From NCBI GenBank assembly GCA_964016885.1, contig OZ024749.1, positions 19,344,001-19,408,000 of the forward strand: a stretch of 64,000 nt of DNA. Direction: 5' to 3'. The DNA is from Eledone cirrhosa. Lineage: Eukaryota. How positions within the stretch are numbered: position 1 is the stretch's first letter; each line of letters starts with the position of its first letter. The translations under genes and the position numbers were made by a program. The notes under the pieces are model-generated. The model was given only the letters and a program-made list of their open reading frames with translations, did no database searches and was not told the origin of the DNA. Of the stretch, positions 1-12,100 are shown piece by piece.

Positions 1-49
1 GACAGTGCAGATCCTGGTTAGGAGATACATCTAGGGTATCCTATAAAAA

Positions 50-104
50 AACTCGTCTAACCCATGCTAGCGTGGAAAAATGAATGTAAGACAATGATGA
101 TGAC
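50..104 (+). mobile_element. Degenerate 3' end of a SINE-like retroposon (AACCCATGCTAGC...GGAAAA...ATGATGATGA tail)
   Basis: AACCCATGCTAGCGTGGAAAAATGAATGTAAGACAATGATGATGAC ends in an (ATG)n tail and resembles 2229-2268 (AAACCCTTGCTAAGC...GGATGTTAAATGATGATGAT). It is similar, from memory only, to the 3' end of an octopus SINE family. Confidence 0.4.
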
Positions 105-160
105 AGACATATGCCCACATAGTTTTATGCATATTTGTTAATTGTTGTTGTTGTTTGTAG

Positions 161-242
161 GCTGCTGCTGCTCTCTGTATTGGTGTTGGGGGAATGTCTG
201 ACCCACCCGACATACAAGGATTGTCTCACTTCCTGGAGCATA
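161..242 (+). CDS. NRDC: Internal coding exon of a nardilysin-like M16A (insulinase family) zinc metallopeptidase, containing the HXXEH motif
   Basis: Preceded by a T-rich tract and acceptor (TTGTTGTTTGTAG, ending at 160) and followed by the donor GTAAGT (243-248). It is 82 nt and translates [27 protein letters not shown] plus 1 nt (A). This matches the nardilysin pattern SAAALCVGVGSFxDPxDLPGLAHFLEHM with the inverted zincin HFLEH. Confidence 0.92.
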
Positions 243-278
243 GTAAGTTCACATCATTATCTACATTGCTGTGGATCA

Positions 279-480
279 GGCGGTGGATTGGCAGTATCGG
301 TAGAGGGTCGGACACCATGCTTTGCAGCACAGATTTACGGCCCTTTACGGTCTGAGTTCAAATCCCGCCGAGGTTAACTTTGCCTTTCATCCTTACAGGG
401 GTCAAGAAAATAAAGTACCAGAAATGTACTGGGGTTGATTTAATCAACTTTCCCCTCTCCCCAAAATTGGTGGCCTTGTC
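279..480 (+). mobile_element. tRNA-derived SINE, copy 1 (near full length)
   Basis: Pol III A-box-like TGGCAGTATCGG (289-300) and B-box GTTCAAATCC (356-365). The body GCCGAGGTTAACTTTGCCTTTCATCCTTAC..GGGGTC..AAAATAAAGTACCAG..ACTGGGG..CCCCTCTCCCC..GGCCTTGT is shared with copies at 595 and 750. Confidence 0.8.
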
Positions 481-594
481 AGATTTAGGCCTTGAACTTG
501 GCAATAGAGGTTTTCATTGTAGAGAGGGAACTCGTCTGATAATGTGTGCTGTTTCTAGTAGCCCGATCTACTGTAGCTCATATTATTATTATTA

Positions 595-749
595 TTCAAA
601 TCCCGCCGAGGTTAACTTTGCCTTTCATCCTTACGGGGATCGATAAAATATAGTACCAGTCACGCACTGGGGTCGATTTAAACGACTTTCCCCTCTCCCC
701 CGAAAATTGCCGGCCTTGTGCTTATAGTTGAAATCATCATTATTATCAT
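595..749 (+). mobile_element. tRNA-derived SINE, copy 2 (5'-truncated at the B box)
   Basis: Begins TTCAAATCCCGCCGAGGTTAACTTTGCCTTTCATCC, nearly identical to 357-392. It follows a (TAT)n tract and ends in an ATC/ATT triplet tail. Confidence 0.8.
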
Positions 750-906
750 TGGCAGTATCGGTAGAGGGTCAGACGCCTTGCCATTCTGAGTTCAAATCCC
801 GCCGAGGTTAACTTTGCCTTTCATCCTTACGGGGTCGATAAAATAAAGTACCAGTAATACACTGGGATAATTGCTGGCCTTGTGCCAAAAGTAGAAGCAA
901 TTATTA
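750..906 (+). mobile_element. tRNA-derived SINE, copy 3 (with internal deletions)
   Basis: A-box TGGCAGTATCGGTAGAGGGTC is identical to copy 1, followed by B-box GAGTTCAAATCC and the same body. It lacks the pyrimidine-rich segment and ends GGCCTTGTGCCAAAAGTAGAAGCAATTATT. Confidence 0.8.
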
Positions 907-920
907 TCTACATTGCTGCC

Positions 921-1004
921 ATGTTACATTGCCCTGTCACTAGCATGTCACATGATCTGTCATGCTCTGTCACATTGGTTATGTTACATTGCCTTGTCAC
1001 ATGC
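921..1004. repeat. Short degenerate repeat (ATGTTACATTGCCYTGTCAC x2 with TGTCAC/TGTCAT sub-repeats)
   Basis: 20-mers at 921-940 and 981-1000 differ by one base, and TGTCA recurs between them. Confidence 0.55.
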
Positions 1005-1080
1005 TATTTCAATGTAATACCTTCCACCATTCACCTGGTGGAAGGGTTGTATCTATGGCCTTGTTCCAGGGCCTCTCACA

Positions 1081-2530
1081 GTATATGTGTGTGTGTGTAT
1101 AATATATACATGTATGTGTGTGTATAATATATACGTGTGTGTAGGTATAATATATACATGTATGTGTGTGTGTGTGTGTATAATATATACATGTATGTTT
1201 GTATGTGTATAATATATACATGTATGTATGTGTGTGTGTGTGTATAATATATGCATGTATGTGTGTGTGTGTGTGTATAATATATGCATGTATGTATGTG
1301 TGTGTATGTATAATATATACATGTATGTGTGTGTGTATGTATAATATATACATGTATATGTGTGTGTATAGTATATACATGTATGTGTGTATGTATAATA
1401 TATACATGTATGTGTGTGTGTATGTATAATATATACATGTATGTGTGTGTTGGTGTATGTATAATATATACATGTATGTGTGTGTTGGTGTATGTATAAT
1501 ATATACATGTATGTGTGTGTGTGTGTATGTATAATATATACATGTGTGTGTGTATGTATAATATATACATGTATGTATGTGTGTGTGTATGTATAATATA
1601 TACATGTTTGTATGTGTGTGTATGTATAATATATACATGTATGTATGTGTGTGTGTATGTATAATATATACATGTGTGTGTATAATATATACATGAATGT
1701 GTGTGTATGTATAATATATACATGTATGTGTGTGTGTGTGTATGTATAATATATACATGTATGTGTGTGTGTGTGTATGTATAATATATACATGTATGTG
1801 TGTGTGTGTGTATGTATATATACATGTATGTATGTGTGTGTGTATGTATAATATATACATGTATGTGTGTGTGTGTGTATGTATAATATATACATGTATG
1901 TGTGTGTGTGTGTATGTATAATATATACATGTATGTGTGTGTGTGTGTGTATGTATAATATATACATGTATGTGTGTGTGTGTGTGTATGTATAATATAT
2001 ACATGTATGTGTGTGTGTGTGTGTATGTATAATATATACATGTATGTATGTGTGTGTGTATGTATAATATATACATGTATGTATGTGTGTGTATGTATAA
2101 TATACATGTATGTGTGTGTGTGTGTATAATATATACATGTATGTGTGTGTGTGTGTATGTATAATTTATATATGTATGTGTGTGTGTATGTATAATATAT
2201 ACATGTATGTATGTGTGTGAGTGTGTGTAAACCCTTGCTAAGCAGAGTGGATGTTAAATGATGATGATATGTGTGTGTGTGTGTATGTATGTATAATATA
2301 TACATATATATGTGTGTATATGTATATATGATATATACATATATGTGTGTGTATATGTATATATGATATATACATATGTGTGTGTATATGTATATATACA
2401 TATATGTGTGTGTATATGTATATATGATATATAAATATATATATATCATATATACATATATACACATGTGTGTGTACATGTATGCATGTATATGTCCGCC
2501 TGAATGATGTATGTATTTATTTATATATGT
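1081..2530. repeat. Compound micro/minisatellite: [GTATAATATATACATGTAT(GT)n] units, followed by TA/TG-rich simple repeats
   Basis: Dozens of units of roughly 25-36 bp with a constant TATAATATATACATG core and a variable (GT)n linker (1081-2228). After a 40-bp interruption a related TATATGATATATACATATGTGTG unit continues. Confidence 0.95.
2229..2268 (+). mobile_element. Short SINE 3'-tail fragment inside the microsatellite
   Basis: A non-repetitive island, AAACCCTTGCTAAGCAGAGTGGATGTTAAATGATGATGAT, resembling 59-103. Confidence 0.4.
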
Positions 2531-2594
2531 ATGTAAGATTCTGTATATGTTACTCCATATATAATACAGTGAATCTGTTGCATTTCCATTTCAG

Positions 2595-2695
2595 TGGTGT
2601 TTATGGGAAGTAAGAAATATCCTAAGGAGAATGAATTTGATGATTTCCTGGCAAGACACGGTGGCTACTCCAATGCCTGGACTGACTATGAAGCT
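2595..2695 (+). CDS. NRDC: Next internal coding exon of the nardilysin-like M16A metallopeptidase
   Basis: Acceptor TTTCCATTTCAG ends at 2594 and donor GTATGT is at 2696-2701. The exon is 101 nt: TG completes the A|TG Met codon with the previous exon (phase 1), then [33 protein letters not shown]. This matches nardilysin MVFMGSxKYPxENxFDxFLxxHGGSxNAxTD better than IDE (MLFLGTKKYP..EYSQFL). Confidence 0.92.
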
Positions 2696-2796
2696 GTATG
2701 TAGATTTAGATATTGAGTTTTGTTTTTATAGATTTTATTATGACCTTGTTGGGCCACCATACAATGGTCTTCTACCAACACTGTCTATACACTGTT

Positions 2797-3139
2797 GTGA
2801 AGGTGCATGGCTTAGTGGTTAGAGTGTCTGACTTACAGTTGTAAGGTTCGATTCCTGGACCACGCTTTGCCTTGTGTCCTTGAGCAAGACACTTTATTTC
2901 ATGTTGCTCCAGTTCACTCAGCTGTAGAAATGAGTTGCAACGTCACTGGTGCCAAGCTGTACTGGCCATAACCTTTCTGTTGGACAACATCAGTGGCATG
3001 GAGAGGGGATACTGGTATGTATGGCTGACTACTGGTCTTCCTCAAACAATCTTGTCTGGACTTGTGCCTTGGAGGGAATCTTTCTAGGTGCAAATCCTAT
3101 GGTCATTTGTGACCGAAGAAGGTCTTTACTCTTGCCATT
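2797..3139 (+). mobile_element. tRNA-derived SINE (second family), apparently full length with an 11-bp TSD
   Basis: A-box TGGCTTAGTGG (2808-2818) and B-box GGTTCGATTCC (2845-2855). The downstream motif GTGTCCTTGAGCAAGACACTT...CACTCAGCTGTAGAAATGAGT is reminiscent of conserved SINE central domains. It is flanked by the direct repeat TATACACTGTT (2786-2796 and 3140-3150). Confidence 0.8.
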
Positions 3140-6100
3140 TATACACTGTTAATGACTGTATTTACACTATCTATACACTGTTAATGACTGTATTTACACT
3201 ATCTATACACTGTTAATAACTGTATTTACACTATCTATACACTGTTAATAACTGTATTTACACTATCTATACATTGTTAATGACTGTATTTACACTATCT
3301 ATACACTGTTAATAACTGTATTTACACTATCTATACACTGTTAATGACTGTATTTACACTATCTATACACTGTTAATGACTGTATTTACACTATCTATAC
3401 ATTGTTAATGACTGTATTTACACTATCTATAGACTGTTAATGACTGTATTTACACTATCTATACACTGTTAATGACTGTATTTACACTATCTATACACTG
3501 TTAATAACTGTATTTACACTATCTATACACTGTTAATGACTGTATTAACATTATCTATACACTGTTAATGACTGTATTTACACTATCTACATTGTTAATG
3601 ACTGTATTTACACTATCTATACACTGTTAATGACTGTATTTACACTATCTATATACCGTTAATGACTGTATTTACACTATCTATACACTGTTAATGACTG
3701 TATTTACACTATCTATACACTGTTAATGACTGTATTTACACTATCTATACACTGTTAATGACTGTATTTACACTATCTATACACTGTTAATGACTGTATT
3801 TACACTATCTATACATTGTTAATGACTGTATTTACACTATCTATACACTGTTAATAACTGTATTTACACTATCTATACACTGTTAATAACTGTATTTACA
3901 CTATCTATACACTGTTAATAACTGTAATACATCGTTAATGACTGTATTTACACTATCTATACACTGTTAATGACTGTATTTACACTATCTATACACTGTT
4001 AATAACTGTATTTACGCTATCTATACACTGTTAATAACTGTATTTACACTATCTATACACTGTTAATAACTGTATTTACACTATCTATACATTGTTAATG
4101 ACTGTATTTACACTATCTATACACTGTTAATAACTGTATTTACACTATCTATACACTGTTAATAACTGTATTTACACTATCTATACACTGTTAATGACTA
4201 TTTACACTATCTATACACTGTTAATAACTGTATTTACACTATCTATACATTGTTAATGACTGTATTTACACTATCTATACACTGTTAATAACTGTATTTA
4301 CACTATCTATACACTGTTAATGACTGTATTTACACTATCTATACATTGTTAATGACTGTATTTACACTATCTATACACTGTTAATAACTGTATTTACACT
4401 ATCTATACACTGTTAATGACTGTATTTACACTATCTATACACTGTTAATAACTGTATTTACACTATCTATACACTGTTGATAACTGTATTTACACTATCT
4501 ATACACTGTTAATAACTGTATTTACACTATCTATACATTGTTAATGACTGTATTTACACTATCTATACACTGTTAATAACTGTATTTACACTATCTATAC
4601 ACTGTTAATAACTGTATTTACACTATCTATACACTGTTAATAACTGTATTTACACTATCTATACACTGTTAATAACTGTATTTACACTATCTATACATTG
4701 TTAATGACTGTATTTACACTATCTATACACTGTTAATAACTGTATTTACACTATCTATACACTGTTAATGACTGTATTTACACTATCTATACACTGTTAA
4801 TAACTGTATTTACACTATCTATACACTGTTAATGCCTGTATTTACACTATCTATACACTGTTAATGACTGTATTTACACTATCTATACACTGTTAATAAC
4901 TGTATTTACACTATCTATACATTGTTAATGACTGTATTTACACTATCTTTACACTGTTAATGACTGTATTTACACTATCTATACACTGTTAATGACTGTA
5001 TTTACACTATCTATACACTGTTAATGACTGTATTTACACTATCTATTCATTGTTAATGACTGTATTTACACTATCTATACATTGTTAATGACTGTATTTA
5101 CACTATCTATACACTGTTAATGACTGTATTTACACTATCTATACACTGTTAATGACTGTATTTACACTATCTATACACTGTTAATGACTGTATTTACATT
5201 ATCTATACACTGTTAATGACTGTATTTACACTATCTATACACTGTTAAGGACTGTATTTACACTATCTATACATTGTTAATGACTGTATTTACACTATCT
5301 ATACATTGTTAATGACTGTATTTACACTATCTATACACTGTTAATGACTGTATTTACACTATCTATACACTGTTAATGACTGTATTTACACTATCTATAC
5401 ATTGTTAATGACTGTATTTACACTATCTATACACTGTTAATGACTGTATTTACACTATCTATGCACTGTTAATGACTATTTACACTATCTATACACTGTT
5501 AATGACTGTATTTACACTATCTATACACCGTTAATGACTGTATTTACACTATCTATACACTGTTAATAACTGTATTTACACTATCTATACACTGTTAATG
5601 ACTGTATTTACACCATCTATACATTGTTAATGACTGTATTTACACTATCTATACACCGTTAATGACTGTATTTACATTATCTATACACTGTTAATGACTG
5701 TATTTGCACTATCTATACACCGTTAATGACTGTATTTACATTATCTATACACTGTTAATGACTGTATTTACACTATCTATACACTGTTAATGACTGTATT
5801 TACACTATCTATACACTGTTAATGACTGTATTTACACTATCTATACACCGTTAATGACTGTATTTACACTATCTATACACCGTTAATAACTGTATTTACA
5901 CTATCTATACACTGTTAATGACTGTATTTACACTATCTATACACTGTTAATGACTGTATTTACACTATCTATACACTGTTAATAACTGTATTTACACTGT
6001 TAATAACTGTATTTACACTGTTAATAACTGTATTTACACTATCTATACACTGTTAATGACTGTATTTACACTATCTATACACTGTTTATGACTGTATTTA

Positions 6101-9100
6101 CACTATCTATACACTGTTAATGACTGTATTTACACTATCTATACATTGTTAATGACTGTATTTACACTATCTATACATTGTTAATGACTGTATTTACACT
6201 ATCTATACACTGTTAATGACTGTATTTACACTATCTATACACTGTTAACGACTGTATTTACACTATCTATAGACTGTTAATGACTGTATTTACACTATCT
6301 ATACACTGTTAATGACTGTATTTACACTATCTATACGTTGTTAATGACTGTATTTACACTATCTATAGACTGTTAATGATTGTATTTACACTATCTATAC
6401 ACTGTTAATGACTGTATTTACACTATCTATACATTGTTAATGACTGTATTTACACTATCTATACACTGTTAATAACTGTATTTACACTATCTATACACTG
6501 TTAATGACTGTATTTACACTATCTATACACTGTTAATGACTGTATTTACACTATCTATACACTGTTAATAACTGTATTTACACTATCTATACACTGTTAA
6601 TAACTGTATTTACACTATCTATACACTGTTAATAACTGTATTTACACTATCTATACACTGTTGATAACTGTATTTACACTATCTATACACTGTTAATAAC
6701 TGTATTTACACTATCTATACATTTTTAAAACTGTATTTACACTATCTATACACTGTTAATAACTGTATTTACACTATCTATACACTGTTAATGACTGTAT
6801 TTACACTATCTATACACTGTTAATAACTGTATTTACACTATCTATACACTGTTAATAACTGTATTTACACTATCTATACACTGTTAATAACTGTATTTAC
6901 ACTATCTATACACTGTTAATAACTGTATTTACACTATCTATACACTGTTAATAACTGTATTTACACTATCTATACATTGTTAGTGACTGTATTTACACTA
7001 TCTATACACTGTTAATAACTGTATTTACACTATCTATACACTGTTAATGACTGTATTTACACTATCTATACACTGTTAATAACTGTATTTACACTATCTA
7101 TACACTGTTAATGCCTGTATTTACACTATCTATACACTGTTAATGACTGTATTTACACTATCTATACACTGTTAATAACTGTATTTACACTATCTATACA
7201 TTGTTAATGACTGTATTTACACTATCTTTACACTGTTAATGACTGTATTTACACTATCTATACACTGTTAATGACTGTATTTACACTATCTATACACTGT
7301 TAATGACTGTATTTACACTATCTATTCATTGTTAATGACTGTATTTACACTATCTATACATTGTTAATGACTGTATTTACACTATCTATACACTGTTAAT
7401 GACTGTATTTACACTATCTATACACTGTTAATGACTGTATTTACACTATCTATACACTGTTAATGACTGTATTTACATTATCTATACACTGTTAATGACT
7501 GTATTTACACTATCTATACACTGTTAAGGACTGTATTTACACTATCTATACATTGTTAATGACTGTATTTACACTATCTATACATTGTTAATGACTGTAT
7601 TTACACTATCTATACATTGTTAATGACTGTATTTACACTATCTATACACTGTTAATGACTGTATTTACACTATCTATACACCGTTAATGACTGTATTTAC
7701 ACTATCTATACACTGTTAATAACTGTATTTACACTATCTATACACTGTTAATGACTGTATTTACACCATCTATACATTGTTAATGACTGTATTTACACTA
7801 TCTATACACCGTTAATGACTGTATTTACATTATCTATACACTGTTAATGACTGTATTTGCACTATCTATACACCGTTAATGACTGTATTTACATTATCTA
7901 TACACTGTTAATGACTGTATTTACACTATCTATACACTGTTAATGACTGTATTTACACTATCTATACACTGTTAATGACTGTATTTACACTATCTATACA
8001 CCGTTAATGACTGTATTTACACTATCTATACACCGTTAATAACTGTATTTACACTATCTATAAACTGTTAATGACTGTATTTACACTATCTATACACTGT
8101 TAATGACTGTATTTACACTATCTATACACTGTTAATAACTGTATTTACACTGTTAATAACTGTATTTACACTGTTAATAACTGTATTTACACTATCTATA
8201 CACTGTTAATGACTGTATTTACACTATCTATACACTGTTTATGACTGTATTTACACTATCTATACACTGTTAATGACTGTATTTACACTATCTATACATT
8301 GTTAATGACTGTATTTACACTATCTATACATTGTTAATGACTGTATTTACACTATCTATACACTGTTAATGACTGTATTTACACTATCTATACACTGTTA
8401 ACGACTGTATTTACACTGTCTATAGACTGTTAATGACTGTATTTACACTATCTATACACTGTTAATGACTGTATTTACACTATCTATACATTGTTAATGA
8501 CTGTATTTACACTATCTATACACTGTTAATAACTGTATTTACACTATCTATACACTGTTAATGACTGTATTTACACTATCTATACACTGTTAATGACTGT
8601 ATTTACACTATCTATACACTGTTAATAACTGTATTTACACTATCTATACACTGTTAATAACTGTATTTACACTATCTATACACTGTTAATAACTGTATTT
8701 ACACTATCTATACACTGTTAATAACTGTATTTACACTATCTATACATTGTTAATGACTGTATTTACACTATCTATACACTGTTAATAACTGTATTTACAC
8801 TATCTATACACTGTTAATGACTGTATTTACACTATCTATACACTGTTAATAACTGTATTTACACTATCTATACACTGTTAATAACTGTATTTACACTATC
8901 TATACACTGTTAATAACTGTATTTACACTATCTATACACTGTTAATAACTGTATTTACACTATCTATACACTGTTAATAACTGTATTTACACTATCTATA
9001 CATTGTTAGTGACTGTATTTACACTATCTATACACTGTTAATAACTGTATTTACACTATCTATACACTGTTAATGACTGTATTTACACTATCTATACACT

Positions 9101-12100
9101 GTTAATAACTGTATTTACACTATCTATACACTGTTAATGCCTGTATTTACACTATCTATACACTGTTAATGACTGTATTTACACTATCTATACACTGTTA
9201 ATAACTGTATTTACACTATCTATACATTGTTAATGACTGTATTTACACTATCTTTACACTGTTAATGACTGTATTTACACTATCTATACACTGTTAATAA
9301 CTGTATTTACACTATCTATACATTGTTAGTGACTGTATTTACACTATCTATACACTGTTAAAAACTGTATTTACACTATCTATACACTGTTAATAACTGT
9401 ATTTACACTATCTATACACTGTTAATAACTGTATTTACACTATCTATACATTGTTAGTGACTGTATTTACACTATCTATACACTGTTAATAACTGTATTT
9501 ACACTATCTATACACTGTTAATGACTGTATTTACACTATCTATACACTGTTAATAACTGTATTTACACTATCTATACACTGTTAATGCCTGTATTTACAC
9601 TATCTATACACTGTTAATGACTGTATTTACACTATCTATACACTGTTAATAACTGTATTTACACTATCTATACATTGTTAATGACTGTATTTACACTATC
9701 TTTACACTGTTAATGACTGTATTTACACTATCTATACACTGTTAATGACTGTATTTACACTATCTATACACTGTTAATGACTGTATTTACACTATCTATT
9801 CATTGTTAATGACTGTATTTACACTATCTATACATTGTTAATGACTGTATTTACACTATCTATACACTGTTAATGACTGTATTTACACTATCTATACACT
9901 GTTAATGACTGTATTTACACTATCTATACACTGTTAATGACTGTATTTACATTATCTATACACTGTTAATGACTGTATTTACACTATCTATACACTGTTA
10001 AGGACTGTATTTACACTATCTATACATTGTTAATGACTGTATTTACACTATCTATACATTGTTAATGACTGTATTTACACTATCTATACATTGTTAATGA
10101 CTGTATTTACACTATCTATACACTGTTAATGACTGTATTTACACTATCTATACACCGTTAATGACTGTATTTACACTATCTATACACTGTTAATAACTGT
10201 ATTTACACTATCTATACACTGTTAATGACTGTATTTACACCATCTATACATTGTTAATGACTGTATTTACACTATCTATACACCGTTAATGACTGTATTT
10301 ACATTATCTATACACTGTTAATGACTGTATTTGCACTATCTATACACCGTTAATGACTGTATTTACATTATCTATACACTGTTAATGACTGTATTTACAC
10401 TATCTATACACTGTTAATGACTGTATTTACACTATCTATACACTGTTAATGACTGTATTTACACTATCTATACACCGTTAATGACTGTATTTACACTATC
10501 TATACACCGTTAATAACTGTATTTACACTATCTATAAACTGTTAATGACTGTATTTACACTATCTATACACTGTTAATGACTGTATTTACACTATCTATA
10601 CACTGTTAATAACTGTATTTACACTGTTAATAACTGTATTTACACTGTTAATAACTGTATTTACACTATCTATACACTGTTAATGACTGTATTTACACTA
10701 TCTATACACTGTTTATGACTGTATTTACACTATCTATACACTGTTAATGACTGTATTTACACTATCTATACATTGTTAATGACTGTATTTACACTATCTA
10801 TACATTGTTAATGACTGTATTTACACTATCTATACACTGTTAATGACTGTATTTACACTATCTATACACTGTTAACGACTGTATTTACACTATCTATAGA
10901 CTGTTAATGACTGTATTTACACTATCTATACACTGTTAATGACTGTATTTACACTATCTATACATTGTTAATGACTGTATTTACACTATCTATACACTGT
11001 TAATAACTGTATTTACACTATCTATACACTGTTAATGACTGTATTTACACTATCTATACACTGTTAATGACTGTATTTACACTATCTATACACTGTTAAT
11101 AACTGTATTTACACTATCTATACACTGTTAATAACTGTATTTACACTATCTATACACTGTTAATAACTGTATTTACACTATCTATACACTGTTAATAACT
11201 GTATTTACACTATCTATACATTGTTAATGACTGTATTTACACTATCTATACACTGTTAATAACTGTATTTACACTATCTATACACTGTTAATGACTGTAT
11301 TTACACTATCTATACACTGTTAATAACTGTATTTACACTATCTATACACTGTTAATAACTGTATTTACACTATCTATACACTGTTAATAACTGTATTTAC
11401 GCTATCTATACACTGTTAATAACTGTATTTACACTATCTATACACTGTTAATAACTGTATTTACACTATCTATACATTGTTAGTGACTGTATTTACACTA
11501 TCTATACACTGTTAATAACTGTATTTACACTATCTATACACTGTTAATGACTGTATTTACACTATCTATACACTGTTAATAACTGTATTTACACTATCTA
11601 TACACTGTTAATGCCTGTATTTACACTATCTATACACTGTTAATGACTGTATTTACACTATCTATACACTGTTAATAACTGTATTTACACTATCTATACA
11701 TTGTTAATGACTGTATTTACACTATCTTTACACTGTTAATGACTGTATTTACACTATCTATACATTGTTAATGACTGTATTTACACTATCTATACATTGT
11801 TAATGACTGTATTTACACTATCTATACACTGTTAATGACTGTATTTACACTATCTATACACTGTTAATGACTGTATTTACACTATCTATACATTGTTAAT
11901 GACTGTATTTACACTATCTATACACTGTTAATGACTGTATTTACACTATCTATACACTGTTAATGACTGTATTTACACTATCTATACATTGTTAATGACT
12001 GTATTTACACTATCTATACACTGTTAATGACTGTATTTACACTATCTATACACTGTTAATGACTGTATTTACGCTATCTATACACTGTTAATGACTGTAT

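Noticed and set aside
135-377. 80-aa ORF overlapping the first exon
   Set aside because: Wrong frame. The conserved HFLEH peptide is in another frame, bounded by splice sites at 161 and 242.
380-1127. 88-aa and 81-aa ORFs (and 2949-3152)
   Set aside because: Chance ORFs in SINE or intron sequence with non-ATG starts and no recognisable motifs.
1081-2228. Microsatellite as the ancestor of the 32-bp satellite
   Set aside because: Only short low-complexity words (ATACAC, TGTAT) are shared. The better seed match is at 2778-2796.
1009-2479. Long His/Thr/Tyr/Ile-rich or Val/Cys-rich ORFs (355, 361, 467 aa and shorter ones)
   Set aside because: They are translations of a CA/TA microsatellite that is open in all three minus-strand frames because it lacks stops. 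There is no domain signal, and the region lies in an intron.
2631-2822. 63-aa ORF overlapping the second exon
   Set aside because: Out of frame with the nardilysin-like peptide and runs into intron and SINE sequence.
2800-2860. tRNA gene
   Set aside because: A and B boxes are present, but I could not fold a convincing cloverleaf. It continues into a ~280-bp body bounded by a TSD, so it is a SINE head. The same applies at 289-365.
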